From: an uncultured bacterium
Lineage (GTDB): Bacteria; Acidobacteriota; Thermoanaerobaculia; Multivoradales; JAHZIX01
Length of the DNA stretch: 64,000 nt
Direction: 5' to 3'
Assembly (NCBI GenBank): GCA_965368975.1
Contig: CBDUPA010000014.1
Location: 32,001-96,000 of the forward strand
How positions within the stretch are numbered: position 1 is the stretch's first letter; each line of letters opens with the position of its first letter. The position numbers and the translations under genes were made by a program. Of the stretch, positions 29,479-38,941 are shown piece after piece. A model generated the notes under the pieces. It had not been told where the DNA came from and ran no database searches. It was given only the letters and a program-made list of their open reading frames with translations.

Positions 29479-31020
29479 CTAGCGCGCCAACCGCAGCAAG
29501 ACGTTGTTCGGCTTGGCTGGATCGGGACCGATCTCCTGGACCTCGACGCCTCTGCCTTCCAGGTCGAAGACGATCCACAGCTCATTGCCGTCGGCCTTGC
29601 TGTGGTGTCCGGTGCGAATGCGCTGAACCTCGGTGGTACCGACCTGCAGCATGGGATCGCGGAAGGGCCAGTTGACCCCCAGGATCTTGACCAGGACACG
29701 GCCGTCGAGCGGGGTGACGCTGATGTTCTCGAGGTCGACAACACCGTCGCCCCAGAGGGTCACCAGGGTGCCGCCGCTGTCCGCCGCCTTGTGCGTGATC
29801 AGCCGCACCTTGGTGAGAGGAGACCCCGCGACCGGAACGGGCCCGGCAACGGAACCGCCGGACTGGACGGAAGCCGGTGTGGCAACGGTGCCCGCGGAAC
29901 CACCGTCGGGGCGGGTGACGGCAGCGCCCGAGGCGGGAGGCGAGGACTCGGCGCTGCCCGGGTCGATCGCAGCGCCGCCAGCCGCATCGCCACCGGCGTC
30001 TCTACGAGTGGGCGTCGGTACGTTGACGGGGTTGAGTGCTTCGGCTGTCGGAATATCATTGACCGAAGGCTGCTCTTGGTAGCCGGTCACCCAGTTGACC
30101 ATGCGCTCCAGGAAGAAGTGGGTGGCTCCTCCAACGATGCCGGCAAGCATCAGCAACAGGAACAGGGCCGGGCTAAAACGGATACCCAGGAACTCGCGCG
30201 AGGCCGGTGTGGCACTGCTTTGGCTGGTACTGCCTTGGCTGGTACTGGCCTGACTGGCATTGGCCTGGCTGGTACTGGCCTGGCTGGCACTGGCTTCTGC
30301 CGCGGCCTGAGCCGCCAGCCGGCTCGACGTGGCTTCCAGCTCGACGCGTTGCTGCTCAGCGGAGGCGATCAGGTCGTCCATGCGCGGGCCGGTGTCGGAG
30401 AGGGTTCCCGTGTCGGAGAGGGCGTCCGCCGAAGGCTCGGCACCCAGCGTGCCATCCAGACCACCGATGCCCCCGAGCAGGCTGGAGTCGAGTACGCCAG
30501 GGTCGTCGATCGGCGGGGCGTCGACAAACAGCTCGGTGGCATCCAGGGAACCACTGTCAGCGTCCAGGCGACCGGGTTGTCCACCTTGGGGCTGCAACAA
30601 GGAGGGAGCCACCTCGTCGGGTGTCGGCATGGCGAAGCGACCACTCTCGAGACGGAAGGGCTCACCGCCTTCACTGCGATTGCGGTCGATGATTTTCCGG
30701 ATCAGGTCGGCGCTGGGATCGACCAGATCCTTGAACTTCATACCCACGCCCGGTGTCAGCCCTTCGGCATTGCCAGCCGGCCGTACCCAGACGATCTCGG
30801 CGGTGCCGTGGATGAGCTTGAAGTCGTCCTTGAGCCGCACGCAAAAGTCGACCAGGCTGCCCACCGGCGGCGGCTCGGTCGTGCGCACGAACATGCCTTC
30901 GGCCGAGATGTTGGCCGCGTAATCGTTCAGGAACGCCTGGAAGTTCTCGCACTCGAGCGTGACTTCGCCCTGCAGGGGAACTCGCTCGTCAGCGCGCCGG
31001 TCCGATCCGTCGGAACTCAT
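29479..31020 (-). CDS. PilZ (TIGR02266-like) + linker + TM + AMIN-like domain protein
   Basis: RRADERV (RxxxR), NISAEGMFV, GVGMKF, TM, C-terminal VQRIRTGHH..ELWIVFDL. Confidence 0.8.
   Translation of the reverse strand: MSSDGSDRRADERVPLQGEVTLECENFQAFLNDYAANISAEGMFVRTTEPPPVGSLVDFCVRLKDDFKLIHGTAEIVWVRPAGNAEGLTPGVGMKFKDLVDPSADLIRKIIDRNRSEGGEPFRLESGRFAMPTPDEVAPSLLQPQGGQPGRLDADSGSLDATELFVDAPPIDDPGVLDSSLLGGIGGLDGTLGAEPSADALSDTGTLSDTGPRMDDLIASAEQQRVELEATSSRLAAQAAAEASASQASTSQANASQASTSQGSTSQSSATPASREFLGIRFSPALFLLLMLAGIVGGATHFFLERMVNWVTGYQEQPSVNDIPTAEALNPVNVPTPTRRDAGGDAAGGAAIDPGSAESSPPASGAAVTRPDGGSAGTVATPASVQSGGSVAGPVPVAGSPLTKVRLITHKAADSGGTLVTLWGDGVVDLENISVTPLDGRVLVKILGVNWPFRDPMLQVGTTEVQRIRTGHHSKADGNELWIVFDLEGRGVEVQEIGPDPAKPNNVLLRLAR
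30221..30295. repeat. Imperfect 15-bp tandem repeat (ASTSQ x5)
   Basis: TGGCTGGTACTG(C/G)C-type units in the linker of the PilZ protein. Confidence 0.8.
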
Positions 31021-31068
31021 CGTGCGGTCATCCCTTTCTTGGTGTCGATCGAGGTTCTGGCGGCCGCA

Positions 31069-33099
31069 TCAGCCACCAATCCAGATCACCAGCTCGCGCC
31101 CATTGGCCTCGATGCGGTCCAATCGTGCCGACGGCGAGACCAGGTCGATCACCAGGTGCAGTTCGTTGCCGTTCGTCTTTTCGTGGTAGCCGCTCCGGAT
31201 GCGGCGCACTTGCGGTGTCGCGACGTCAATGCTGGTGCGGTCGAAGGGAGCCCCAATGCCGACCAGACGTACCAGTTCGCGCGGCGGACTGTCGAGGTGG
31301 GTTTGCTGGACACGGGATCGTGGCAAGGGGACATCGGTGAAGACGGTGATGCGGGTCAGCTCACCGTCCTCTTGCCAGTTGATGCCCAGAACCTGCACCA
31401 CTGCCGAGCTGCTGGGCGTCGCGGACGGCGGCGTTACGGGCGGCGGTGTTACGGCTGGAGACGCCGGTTGTGTTCCGGACGGGTTCGCATCCGCGGTGCT
31501 GGTCCCCGCGCCTGGATTCGCGTCACTTGCCGCCGGGGAGGTACCTCCGGCCGGTGCTTCCGTGCCTGGCGACGCCTGTGCCGGATCTTGGCCCTGCGAC
31601 GTTGCGGGCGGCGGCTGCGTCGGCTGTGACGACTGCTGGTTCTGGGCTTGCTGCGGGGCCTCGCCGAGGAGGCCGAAGTCGGGCACCATGCCAACCTGCG
31701 CCATGTAGTAGTAGCCGGCCGCCACCACCACCAGCACCAGCGCGGCCAGCAGCAGTGGCTTGAAACTGCGCTCGGAGTCATCGTCACTGCTCACCGCCAC
31801 TGCCGATGTCTGGCGCGATGGCAACGAGGAACCACCGGCTGAAGGTGCGACCCGGAAGAGTTCGTCGAGGTCGACACCCGACGGCCTCTCTGCCGGTCCG
31901 TCGTTCTCGACGGTCGGGAACGAATCGGTGACGCTGCGCGGCGGCGGTGGGTGCGTGTCACCCAGCGGTTGCCCGGGTTCTAGCCAGTCCTCAGCGGCTT
32001 CGACCGGTTCGAAGGCATCGAGGGCGTCGGGCACACCGGCGACTGCCATATCGAGCGACGCCATCTGCGTCGACTGCGGCGGTGCTGTGTCGAGGGCTTC
32101 TTCGTCACTCTCCGGACGACCGTGCCAGGCCTCCGGTGGTGCTTGCGGAATCTCGGTCTCGATCGCGGAGTCGTCCTGCGCGAGCACGCCCTGGATCAGT
32201 GGATGCTCGGAAGACGGCTCGGGTGGTGACGGCTCGGTGACCTCGGGCCGCGGGGTCGACAGTTCGACGCCAGCGTCTTCGGTGCCCGGCACGTCCACGG
32301 AGAGCGCTTCCGAAGGCAACTCGTCGAGTTGCACGTCGGGGAGATCGTCCAATTCGAAACCCGCCAGCTGGCCAGCCTCCTGCGCGTTGCCAGCAGCTAC
32401 CGGAACCGGTACGTCCAGCTCGATGGCCGCCGCTTCGAGCTCGTCCGGCCCGACATCCTCGGAGGGCAGGGACAGCAGCTCCAGGTCGTCGAGTTCGGCG
32501 TCGACATCGGGAAGATCGGCGTCGGCAAGATCGGCGTCCGGGAGATCCCCCCCGAGCAGGCCATCGTCCAGCTGCAGCTCCCCCGACGAGGTCGATGGCT
32601 CGAGCGGCTCCAGTTCTTTGGTTTCTTCGCGCAGCCGCCGCTTTCCAGCCGCCTGCAGTAGTTCCTGCAGGTCGGGCAGCTCCTGTGACTCGACCTGCTG
32701 TGGCCCTTCGAGCCGGAACAGCTCGCCACCGTCGGCCATGCGCCGCTCGACGATGGCATAGGTCAGGTCGCGGCTCTGCTCGCTGATGTCACGAAAACGG
32801 ATGCCGACGCCGGCCGGTCGGTCCGGCCCTTCGGCGCGCTCGCGCGTCCACACCACTTCGCCGGTGCCTTGGATGAGCGGAAAGTCTTGCCCCAGCTTGA
32901 GATCGAGCGCCAACGTGGTGCCCGGCGGATAGGGCTTCTCGAGACGGATGAACATGCCACTCATCGAGATCCGTGCCGAGTATTCACGGATAAACTCTTT
33001 GAAATTTTCAAATACGATCGAGACCGGCTGGCCCGTCGGGCTAGCTGCGGCCCGCGTCGGAGTGCGCGCGGCCTTGGGTGTAGATCTACTCTCAGTCAT
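31069..33099 (-). CDS. Degenerate PilZ (TIGR02266-like) + acidic linker + TM + AMIN domain protein
   Basis: RISMSGMFI, GEVVWTR, GVGIRF, no canonical RxxxR before the domain, TM, PPRELVRL..VRRIRSG..LHLVIDL. Confidence 0.8.
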   Translation of the reverse strand: MTESRSTPKAARTPTRAAASPTGQPVSIVFENFKEFIREYSARISMSGMFIRLEKPYPPGTTLALDLKLGQDFPLIQGTGEVVWTRERAEGPDRPAGVGIRFRDISEQSRDLTYAIVERRMADGGELFRLEGPQQVESQELPDLQELLQAAGKRRLREETKELEPLEPSTSSGELQLDDGLLGGDLPDADLADADLPDVDAELDDLELLSLPSEDVGPDELEAAAIELDVPVPVAAGNAQEAGQLAGFELDDLPDVQLDELPSEALSVDVPGTEDAGVELSTPRPEVTEPSPPEPSSEHPLIQGVLAQDDSAIETEIPQAPPEAWHGRPESDEEALDTAPPQSTQMASLDMAVAGVPDALDAFEPVEAAEDWLEPGQPLGDTHPPPPRSVTDSFPTVENDGPAERPSGVDLDELFRVAPSAGGSSLPSRQTSAVAVSSDDDSERSFKPLLLAALVLVVVAAGYYYMAQVGMVPDFGLLGEAPQQAQNQQSSQPTQPPPATSQGQDPAQASPGTEAPAGGTSPAASDANPGAGTSTADANPSGTQPASPAVTPPPVTPPSATPSSSAVVQVLGINWQEDGELTRITVFTDVPLPRSRVQQTHLDSPPRELVRLVGIGAPFDRTSIDVATPQVRRIRSGYHEKTNGNELHLVIDLVSPSARLDRIEANGRELVIWIGG

Positions 33100-33262
33100 T
33101 GGAGGTATCGCCTTCGGGCGGCAAGACTGCGCCCATTATACCCATGTCCTCCGCCTGCGGCGGTCTTTGACGCTCTGCACACAGCATTCTGTCTGGACTC
33201 TAGTCCCAAAAGAACGATGGGGCGAGCCCAGACGACCACCTCCGTCGCGCGGCGCACCTGAC

Positions 33263-34720
33263 TCACTCGTATTGGATGAAGCCGGGGGCCAAGATGCCCG
33301 CCGGATCGTACTTCTTCTTGGCGGCGAGCACACGCGGCCACTGGTCGCCGAAGTGGGCGGCCCATTGTTCGACGGTGTTGAAGGTGATATACCCCGAGAG
33401 GTAGCGCTTGCCGTCGTAGCCGAAGCTCAGCTCACTGGCCATGTCCAGCTGCGCCAGCGCCTGGTCAATGAACTTCGGCGGCACCGCCGGTAGGATGCCC
33501 CAGCCCATCACGTAGTCGCCGCCCGGGTGCATGAACAGAGGCGCGTCCGAGACGTCACCGCGGCACGGCCAGAGCAGGATATGGCCACCCGGGCCGAGGG
33601 TCTGCGGTGGTAGGTTGCCGAGCACGAAGTCGATGTATTCCTGCGCCTTGTCCCACGGCAGCACGGTCTCCATCCACGGGTGCATCATGTCGCTGTAGCC
33701 GCTGCGGTCCCAGAGCTGGAAGATCGGCACCAGGCGGTCACAGAACTCGAGGTGTGAAAACTCGACGGTCTCGAGGTGCTTGTAGGGGTTGAGCTGACCG
33801 AGCAGCGCCGCGTCGTCCGGCTCTTCCCCCGGCTCGTACTCGACGGTCAGGTGTAGCGGGTACATCCAGTAGGCGAAGACCTGCATGCCCTCGCCCAGGT
33901 CCAGTCCCTCTCCGATGCGCTTGGTGCCCTGCGGACACGGCGAGCACCAGGATTCCAGGGTATCGAACGGACCGCCCTCGCGCTGTGCCATGACCTTCTT
34001 GGAATCTTCCATCAGGGCACCCAGGTCATCGTAGAGCAGGTAGTACTTACGCACGCGGCTCTTGGCCTTGCGCAGACGAATGTTGGCCTTGGTCATGACG
34101 CCGAACTGGCCAAAGCCCGAGCGCACGACGTCGAACAACTCGCGATTGTGCTCGCGCGAGCAGGTCATCACTTCGCCAGTGCCGGTAACGACCTCGATCT
34201 CGAGCGCATTGTCGACCTGCGCGCCATAGCGGAAGCTGGCGACGCCGAGACCGGCGATCGACAGCGTGCCGCAGATGGTGACGCCCAGGTTGTTGGTCAG
34301 CGTCGGCGGCACCAACCCCATCGGCACCACCGTCTTGACCAGGTCACGCCACACGACACCGGCGTCGCAGGTGACGCTCAGACCCTCTTCGTCGATCTCG
34401 TGGATGCGCTGCATCGAAGAGGTGTCGAGCAGCACGCCGTCCTGATTGCAGCTCTGACCGCTCTGGCTGTGGGCTTGACCGCGCGGCGTGATCGAGATCC
34501 CGTGCTCGTAGCAGTAGCGCACCACCTGCGCCACTTCGTCGGTGTTCTGACACAGGGCGACGGCACCCGGCAGCTTCTCGATGAAACCGCCGTAATCGGT
34601 GCGGTACTTGGTGCGGACGTCTTCATCCAGGAGGATGCGATCCCCCAGCTGGTCTTTCAACCCTTGCAGGGCGCTCGTATTGGCACTGGCACTGGCACTG
34701 GCGGCGGCGGTCATGGACAT
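33263..34720 (-). CDS. FAD-linked oxidoreductase, cytokinin dehydrogenase-like (VAO family)
   Basis: RGQAHSQSGQ, GTLSIAG, GFGQFGVMT, HPWME, KKKYDPAGILAPG. Confidence 0.85.
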   Translation of the reverse strand: MSMTAAASASASANTSALQGLKDQLGDRILLDEDVRTKYRTDYGGFIEKLPGAVALCQNTDEVAQVVRYCYEHGISITPRGQAHSQSGQSCNQDGVLLDTSSMQRIHEIDEEGLSVTCDAGVVWRDLVKTVVPMGLVPPTLTNNLGVTICGTLSIAGLGVASFRYGAQVDNALEIEVVTGTGEVMTCSREHNRELFDVVRSGFGQFGVMTKANIRLRKAKSRVRKYYLLYDDLGALMEDSKKVMAQREGGPFDTLESWCSPCPQGTKRIGEGLDLGEGMQVFAYWMYPLHLTVEYEPGEEPDDAALLGQLNPYKHLETVEFSHLEFCDRLVPIFQLWDRSGYSDMMHPWMETVLPWDKAQEYIDFVLGNLPPQTLGPGGHILLWPCRGDVSDAPLFMHPGGDYVMGWGILPAVPPKFIDQALAQLDMASELSFGYDGKRYLSGYITFNTVEQWAAHFGDQWPRVLAAKKKYDPAGILAPGFIQYE

Positions 34721-34893
34721 CTCCTCTGAGGATAGGCGCGCTCAGGCGACTGCGCGACCACGGGCGGGCCGGCAGCGCGAGCTGGACGATGAACTGTGGC
34801 GGGTGCGAGTCTGCGCCGGGATCTCGACGGCCTCGCACCCGAGAATCCTTCGGCAGTCGCGGGCCAGCGGATGTGGCGCCACGGACGGAGGCG

Positions 34894-35232
34894 TCACCGC
34901 TCAGCGACCAGCGCTTCGTCCAGGGACTCGTAGATGGTGAACAGCGGTAGCAGCTGCGCGACGGTCAGCAGCTTGCGGATACGCTCGTTGGGGTTGATCA
35001 GGATCAGCTTGCGCCGCGTATCCTTGAAGCGTCCCAGGTAGCCCACTAGCTCACCGATACCGGTGCTATCCATATAATTGATGGCCGAGAAGTCGACCAG
35101 CACATCGCCTTCGTCCTTGTCCAGGGCGCGCTGCAGAGCCTCGGCGAAGAACTGGGCGCTCTCGCCGAGCTTGACCACTCCCTCTACACGCAAAATGGTA
35201 AAGCCGTCTTGGTGACGCTTGTCGACAATCAT
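34894..35232 (-). CDS. STAS domain anti-sigma factor antagonist
   Basis: LVDFSAINYMDSTGIGELV motif. Confidence 0.9.
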   Translation of the reverse strand: MIVDKRHQDGFTILRVEGVVKLGESAQFFAEALQRALDKDEGDVLVDFSAINYMDSTGIGELVGYLGRFKDTRRKLILINPNERIRKLLTVAQLLPLFTIYESLDEALVAER

Positions 35233-35471
35233 GGATTCCGGTGTCTCGCGGGATGTCGCCGAGCGCAGAAACACGCTACGACGGGTTGCACCGCAGTTTA
35301 GCAGTGGCTGGGAGGAGGGGTCAACGCGCGCGCGACGACGCGCATCGGCTGTGTAGTTCCTGAAATCAGCCAGCTGCCCAGGTACCGCACTGCAGCGGCA
35401 TGGCACCGCAGCAGTAGCCCCCATCCGCACGCAAAGCCTTCAGCGGTTCGCTGGATTCAGCGGCTTCTCCG

Positions 35472-36953
35472 TCACCCCGCCGCGCGGGCCGCCTCCCGGG
35501 CCGCCTTGTCTTCGCGACGGCGCAGGAAACCATGGAACAGCTTCAGGCACCAGCTCCACGGCACCAGCAGCAGATCGAAGCCGAAGCGCCGGGCTAGGCG
35601 CTGCTGGTAGCTGTAGCGGTCGCGGGCTTCGCTATAGGGGATGCTGGTGTGGGCCATCATCGTGTACATTGGCTTCCAGAAACCGGGAAACAGGCTGCTG
35701 AGCAGGCTCTCGCCCTTCTTGCGCGCAATCAGACGCGGGTTGCGGATGGTGTCTCGCAGCTCGACGAAGTTCTGCTCCGACAGCTCTGCCAGGGCGTCGG
35801 TGTTGGGACGACGCTGCTCCTGGTACTCGAGGAAGGCGGCGGCGACGTCGTCGGAGTTCCTCGACAAGCATTCGGACAGCGCTCGGCAGTCTTCAAAACC
35901 GCTGATCATTCCCTGGCCGTAGAACGGCACCACGGCGTGCGCGGCATCGCCGATCAGAACAACCTTGTCGTCCTGGAACCACGGGCAGGTGCGGGCGGTG
36001 AGAAAGGCGGAAACCGGGTTGTTGCAGAACTGGCGCGCGACATCCGGCGCCATCGCCACCAGGTCGGGAAAGCGCTCGGCGAAGAAGCGTTCGGTACGCG
36101 CAGGATCGGCACGCAGTGACTCGAAGCTGGGCTCCGGTCCCTCGGAGGGCATGCTGCAGATGCAGTTGAACGTGCCCTTGACGTTGGGCAGCGCCATGAC
36201 CATGCAGTCGCCATGCGGCCAGACGTGCAAGGCGTGCGGCTCCATGCGGTACTTGCCATCGTCGCCGACCGGGATCTCCAGTTCGCAGTAGTCCCAATCC
36301 AGGTACTTCTGGCTGTAGTCGGCACGCCTGCGGCGCTGGATTGAGCGCCGAACCTTGGAGAACGCCCCATCGGCCCCGATCAGGAAGTCCGCCTCGACCG
36401 GCTCTGGCTCACCTGCTTCGGCGCCACTCGTGTCCATGGGCTGAAAATAGGCGGTACCCGTGGCGCGGCGGAAACTGTGGAAGGAGCGTAGGAACGTCAG
36501 CTCGACGTTGGGGTACGAATCCGCCACTTCGAGTAGAACCCGGTTGAGGTCGTTGCGCGCCACGGCATGGATCACCTGTTCGGGCGAATCACCATACGGG
36601 TGGAAGCGCAGACCACCGTTGCGGCCATGCACGACACGGCCGCGCACGGGCACGAGCAGCGGATCCACCGCCTCGCGCGCCCCGACCGCGTCGACCACAC
36701 CCAGGCCACGCAGCGACAACGTCAAGTTCAGCGACTTGGCGGGTCCGCGAAACCCTTTGCGCAGGTCACCGCGCTTTTCGAACAAGCGCACGTTGTGTCC
36801 AGCGCGCGCCAAGTGGATCGCCGCCATGCAGCCCGTAGGGCCACCACCAGCGATGAGGACGTCGAGCACCTTGGCTCCCCGTCCAGAGTTCTGCTTACCC
36901 GCCATATCCAGGGCTTCAAGCCCTTTAGAAGAATCCATGGTACTCCCCTCCAT
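35472..36953 (-). CDS. Kynurenine 3-monooxygenase-like flavin monooxygenase
   Basis: GGGPTG, SLNLTLSLRG, GADGAFS, ALHVWP, GDAAHAVVPFYGQG. Confidence 0.9.
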   Translation of the reverse strand: MEGSTMDSSKGLEALDMAGKQNSGRGAKVLDVLIAGGGPTGCMAAIHLARAGHNVRLFEKRGDLRKGFRGPAKSLNLTLSLRGLGVVDAVGAREAVDPLLVPVRGRVVHGRNGGLRFHPYGDSPEQVIHAVARNDLNRVLLEVADSYPNVELTFLRSFHSFRRATGTAYFQPMDTSGAEAGEPEPVEADFLIGADGAFSKVRRSIQRRRRADYSQKYLDWDYCELEIPVGDDGKYRMEPHALHVWPHGDCMVMALPNVKGTFNCICSMPSEGPEPSFESLRADPARTERFFAERFPDLVAMAPDVARQFCNNPVSAFLTARTCPWFQDDKVVLIGDAAHAVVPFYGQGMISGFEDCRALSECLSRNSDDVAAAFLEYQEQRRPNTDALAELSEQNFVELRDTIRNPRLIARKKGESLLSSLFPGFWKPMYTMMAHTSIPYSEARDRYSYQQRLARRFGFDLLLVPWSWCLKLFHGFLRRREDKAAREAARAAG

Positions 36954-37191
36954 GGTCGAAAAGACGTGAACACATCACATCTCTGCTCCTAGTTCAGTGC
37001 CATCGCGGCACGGAGAAAATCACAACACAACAGCACGGTCATGCTACGCGACCCGAGGATCGGAAACAACCCCGCCGCCGGCTTCGGGAAAGCCAGGACA
37101 AGCTTGATACACTCCGCCGCGTCGAATGTTTCGCAACGGCCTCCATCCTGGCCGGTTCCTGCCTTGCAGACCTTGACGTCCGGAGACCCTC

Positions 37192-38853
37192 ATGGCTCAG
37201 CTCAACAACCCGAATCTCGACTGCGTCGTTATCGGCTACAACGATCCTCCGTTCGAGGCCTACGAGGGTCTGCTGCGGCGCTACGGGGAAGACTCCGAGG
37301 CCTACCGCGACCTCAAGCTCAGCTTCGTCAACGTCGACGGAGCGAAGCTGACCTACGTCGAGCTGCTCAATTACGTCCTGGCGCGCGCCGGGCACGGCAA
37401 CTCGCTCGCGTCCGGAGAGATCCCCAACCTGGCCGCCGCGTACCTGACCAACTTCCTGCGCCGTCAGGGCTACCGTGCCGACTACGTGAACCTGTTCCAA
37501 CAAGAAAAAGAGCGCCTGGGCCAGCTCCTCGACGAGGGCGTACGGACGGTGGCGATCACGACGACCTTCTACGTCATCAACTATCCGGTGCACGAGATGG
37601 TCGAGTTCATCCGGGAACACGCGCCGGAGACCCAGATCGTGCTCGGCGGACCACTGATCGCCAACCACTTCCGCAACTACAGCGGCGCCGATTTGGAAGC
37701 CACGCTCGATGATCTCGGAGCGGACGTCTACGTGCACGAAGGACAGGGCGAGGCAACGCTGGCACAGATCCTGGCGGCCCTCGACAATGGCGGCGACCTG
37801 AGCAAGGTGTCGAACATCGCCTTCAAGCGCGGTGGCGCCAGCGGCAACGGATCCAGCGCGGCCGGCAAGTACGAGCTGACGGCGAAGGTGCCGGAGAACA
37901 ACGACATGAACGCCGTCGAGATCGATTGGCTCGGTCTCTCCGGCGGCCACCTCGGCGCCACGCTGCAAACACGCACGGCGCGCAGCTGCGCGTTCAACTG
38001 CGCCTTCTGCAACTACCCGACACGCGCCGGCAAGCTGACGCTGGCGTCCGTCGACACGATCGAGCGCGAGCTCGACTCGATGGCGGCGCGCGGTGGCGTC
38101 GAGAACGTGGTCTTCATCGACGACACCTTCAACGTACCGCTGCCGCGGTTCAAGGACATCTGCCGCCTGATGATCCGCAAGAACTACGGTTTCAACTGGT
38201 TCTCCTACTTCCGGTGCTCCAACAGCGATGACGAAGCCTTCGAACTGATGGCTCAAGCGGGCTGCAAGGGTGTCTTCCTGGGTATCGAGTCCGGCTCCCC
38301 CACCGTGCTCACCCACATGAACAAGCACGCGACGATCGAGAAGTACCGCCGCGGCATCCAGCAACTGCACAAGAACGGCGTACTCACCTTCGGCTCCTTC
38401 ATCCTCGGCTTCCCCGGCGAGACCCAGGAGACCGTGCAGGAAACCATCGACTTCCTGCACGAGACCAAGCCAAGCTACTTCCGCTCCCAGATGTGGTACA
38501 ACGAAGCCGGCACCCCGATCCATCAGAAAGCAGACGAGTACGGCATCGACGGCGATGGTTTCGTGTGGGAACACAACACCATGGACAGCCTCGAAGCGAT
38601 GGAGCACATCGAGCGCTTGGTGCTGACCATGGAAGACAGTGAGTGGCTACCGCAGTGGTCCTTCGACTTCTGGATCATTCCGTACTTGATGGGCAAGGGC
38701 ATCACGCTGGAGCAGTTCCGCCGCTTCATGCACACCGCGAATCGCATGCTGCGCCTGGAGATCGCCAGCGTCGATCCGGTCGAGAAGGCGCGCCTCCAGG
38801 GTGACTACCTGAGCACGCTGGTAGACGAAGCCAAGACCTGGACACTGCGCTGA
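37192..38853 (+). CDS. B12-binding radical SAM methyltransferase, PhpK-like
   Basis: B12-binding region (VLGGP), CAFNCAFC, FIDDTFN, GIESGS, FILGFPGET. N-terminal DCVVIGYN and C-terminal PQWSFDFW resemble PhpK from memory. Confidence 0.8.
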   Translation: MAQLNNPNLDCVVIGYNDPPFEAYEGLLRRYGEDSEAYRDLKLSFVNVDGAKLTYVELLNYVLARAGHGNSLASGEIPNLAAAYLTNFLRRQGYRADYVNLFQQEKERLGQLLDEGVRTVAITTTFYVINYPVHEMVEFIREHAPETQIVLGGPLIANHFRNYSGADLEATLDDLGADVYVHEGQGEATLAQILAALDNGGDLSKVSNIAFKRGGASGNGSSAAGKYELTAKVPENNDMNAVEIDWLGLSGGHLGATLQTRTARSCAFNCAFCNYPTRAGKLTLASVDTIERELDSMAARGGVENVVFIDDTFNVPLPRFKDICRLMIRKNYGFNWFSYFRCSNSDDEAFELMAQAGCKGVFLGIESGSPTVLTHMNKHATIEKYRRGIQQLHKNGVLTFGSFILGFPGETQETVQETIDFLHETKPSYFRSQMWYNEAGTPIHQKADEYGIDGDGFVWEHNTMDSLEAMEHIERLVLTMEDSEWLPQWSFDFWIIPYLMGKGITLEQFRRFMHTANRMLRLEIASVDPVEKARLQGDYLSTLVDEAKTWTLR

Positions 38854-38941
38854 CGGAGCCGGCAGCAGCGCCCGCATCGGTGGACATCGCTCTGCCGGGA
38901 GCCGGTGAATCCAAGCCCCAGTCGGGCTCGAAACTCCAACT

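Noticed and set aside
29602-31629. 675-aa plus-strand ORF, and similar long antisense ORFs at 3328, 37039, 52536 and 55605
   Set aside because: Shadow frames of well-supported opposite-strand genes in high-GC DNA.
35425-35470. ACGCAAAGCC resembling part of a c-di-GMP-I riboswitch
   Set aside because: The upstream GGCAAAC and GNRA P2 stem are absent, and it is not upstream of a same-strand gene.
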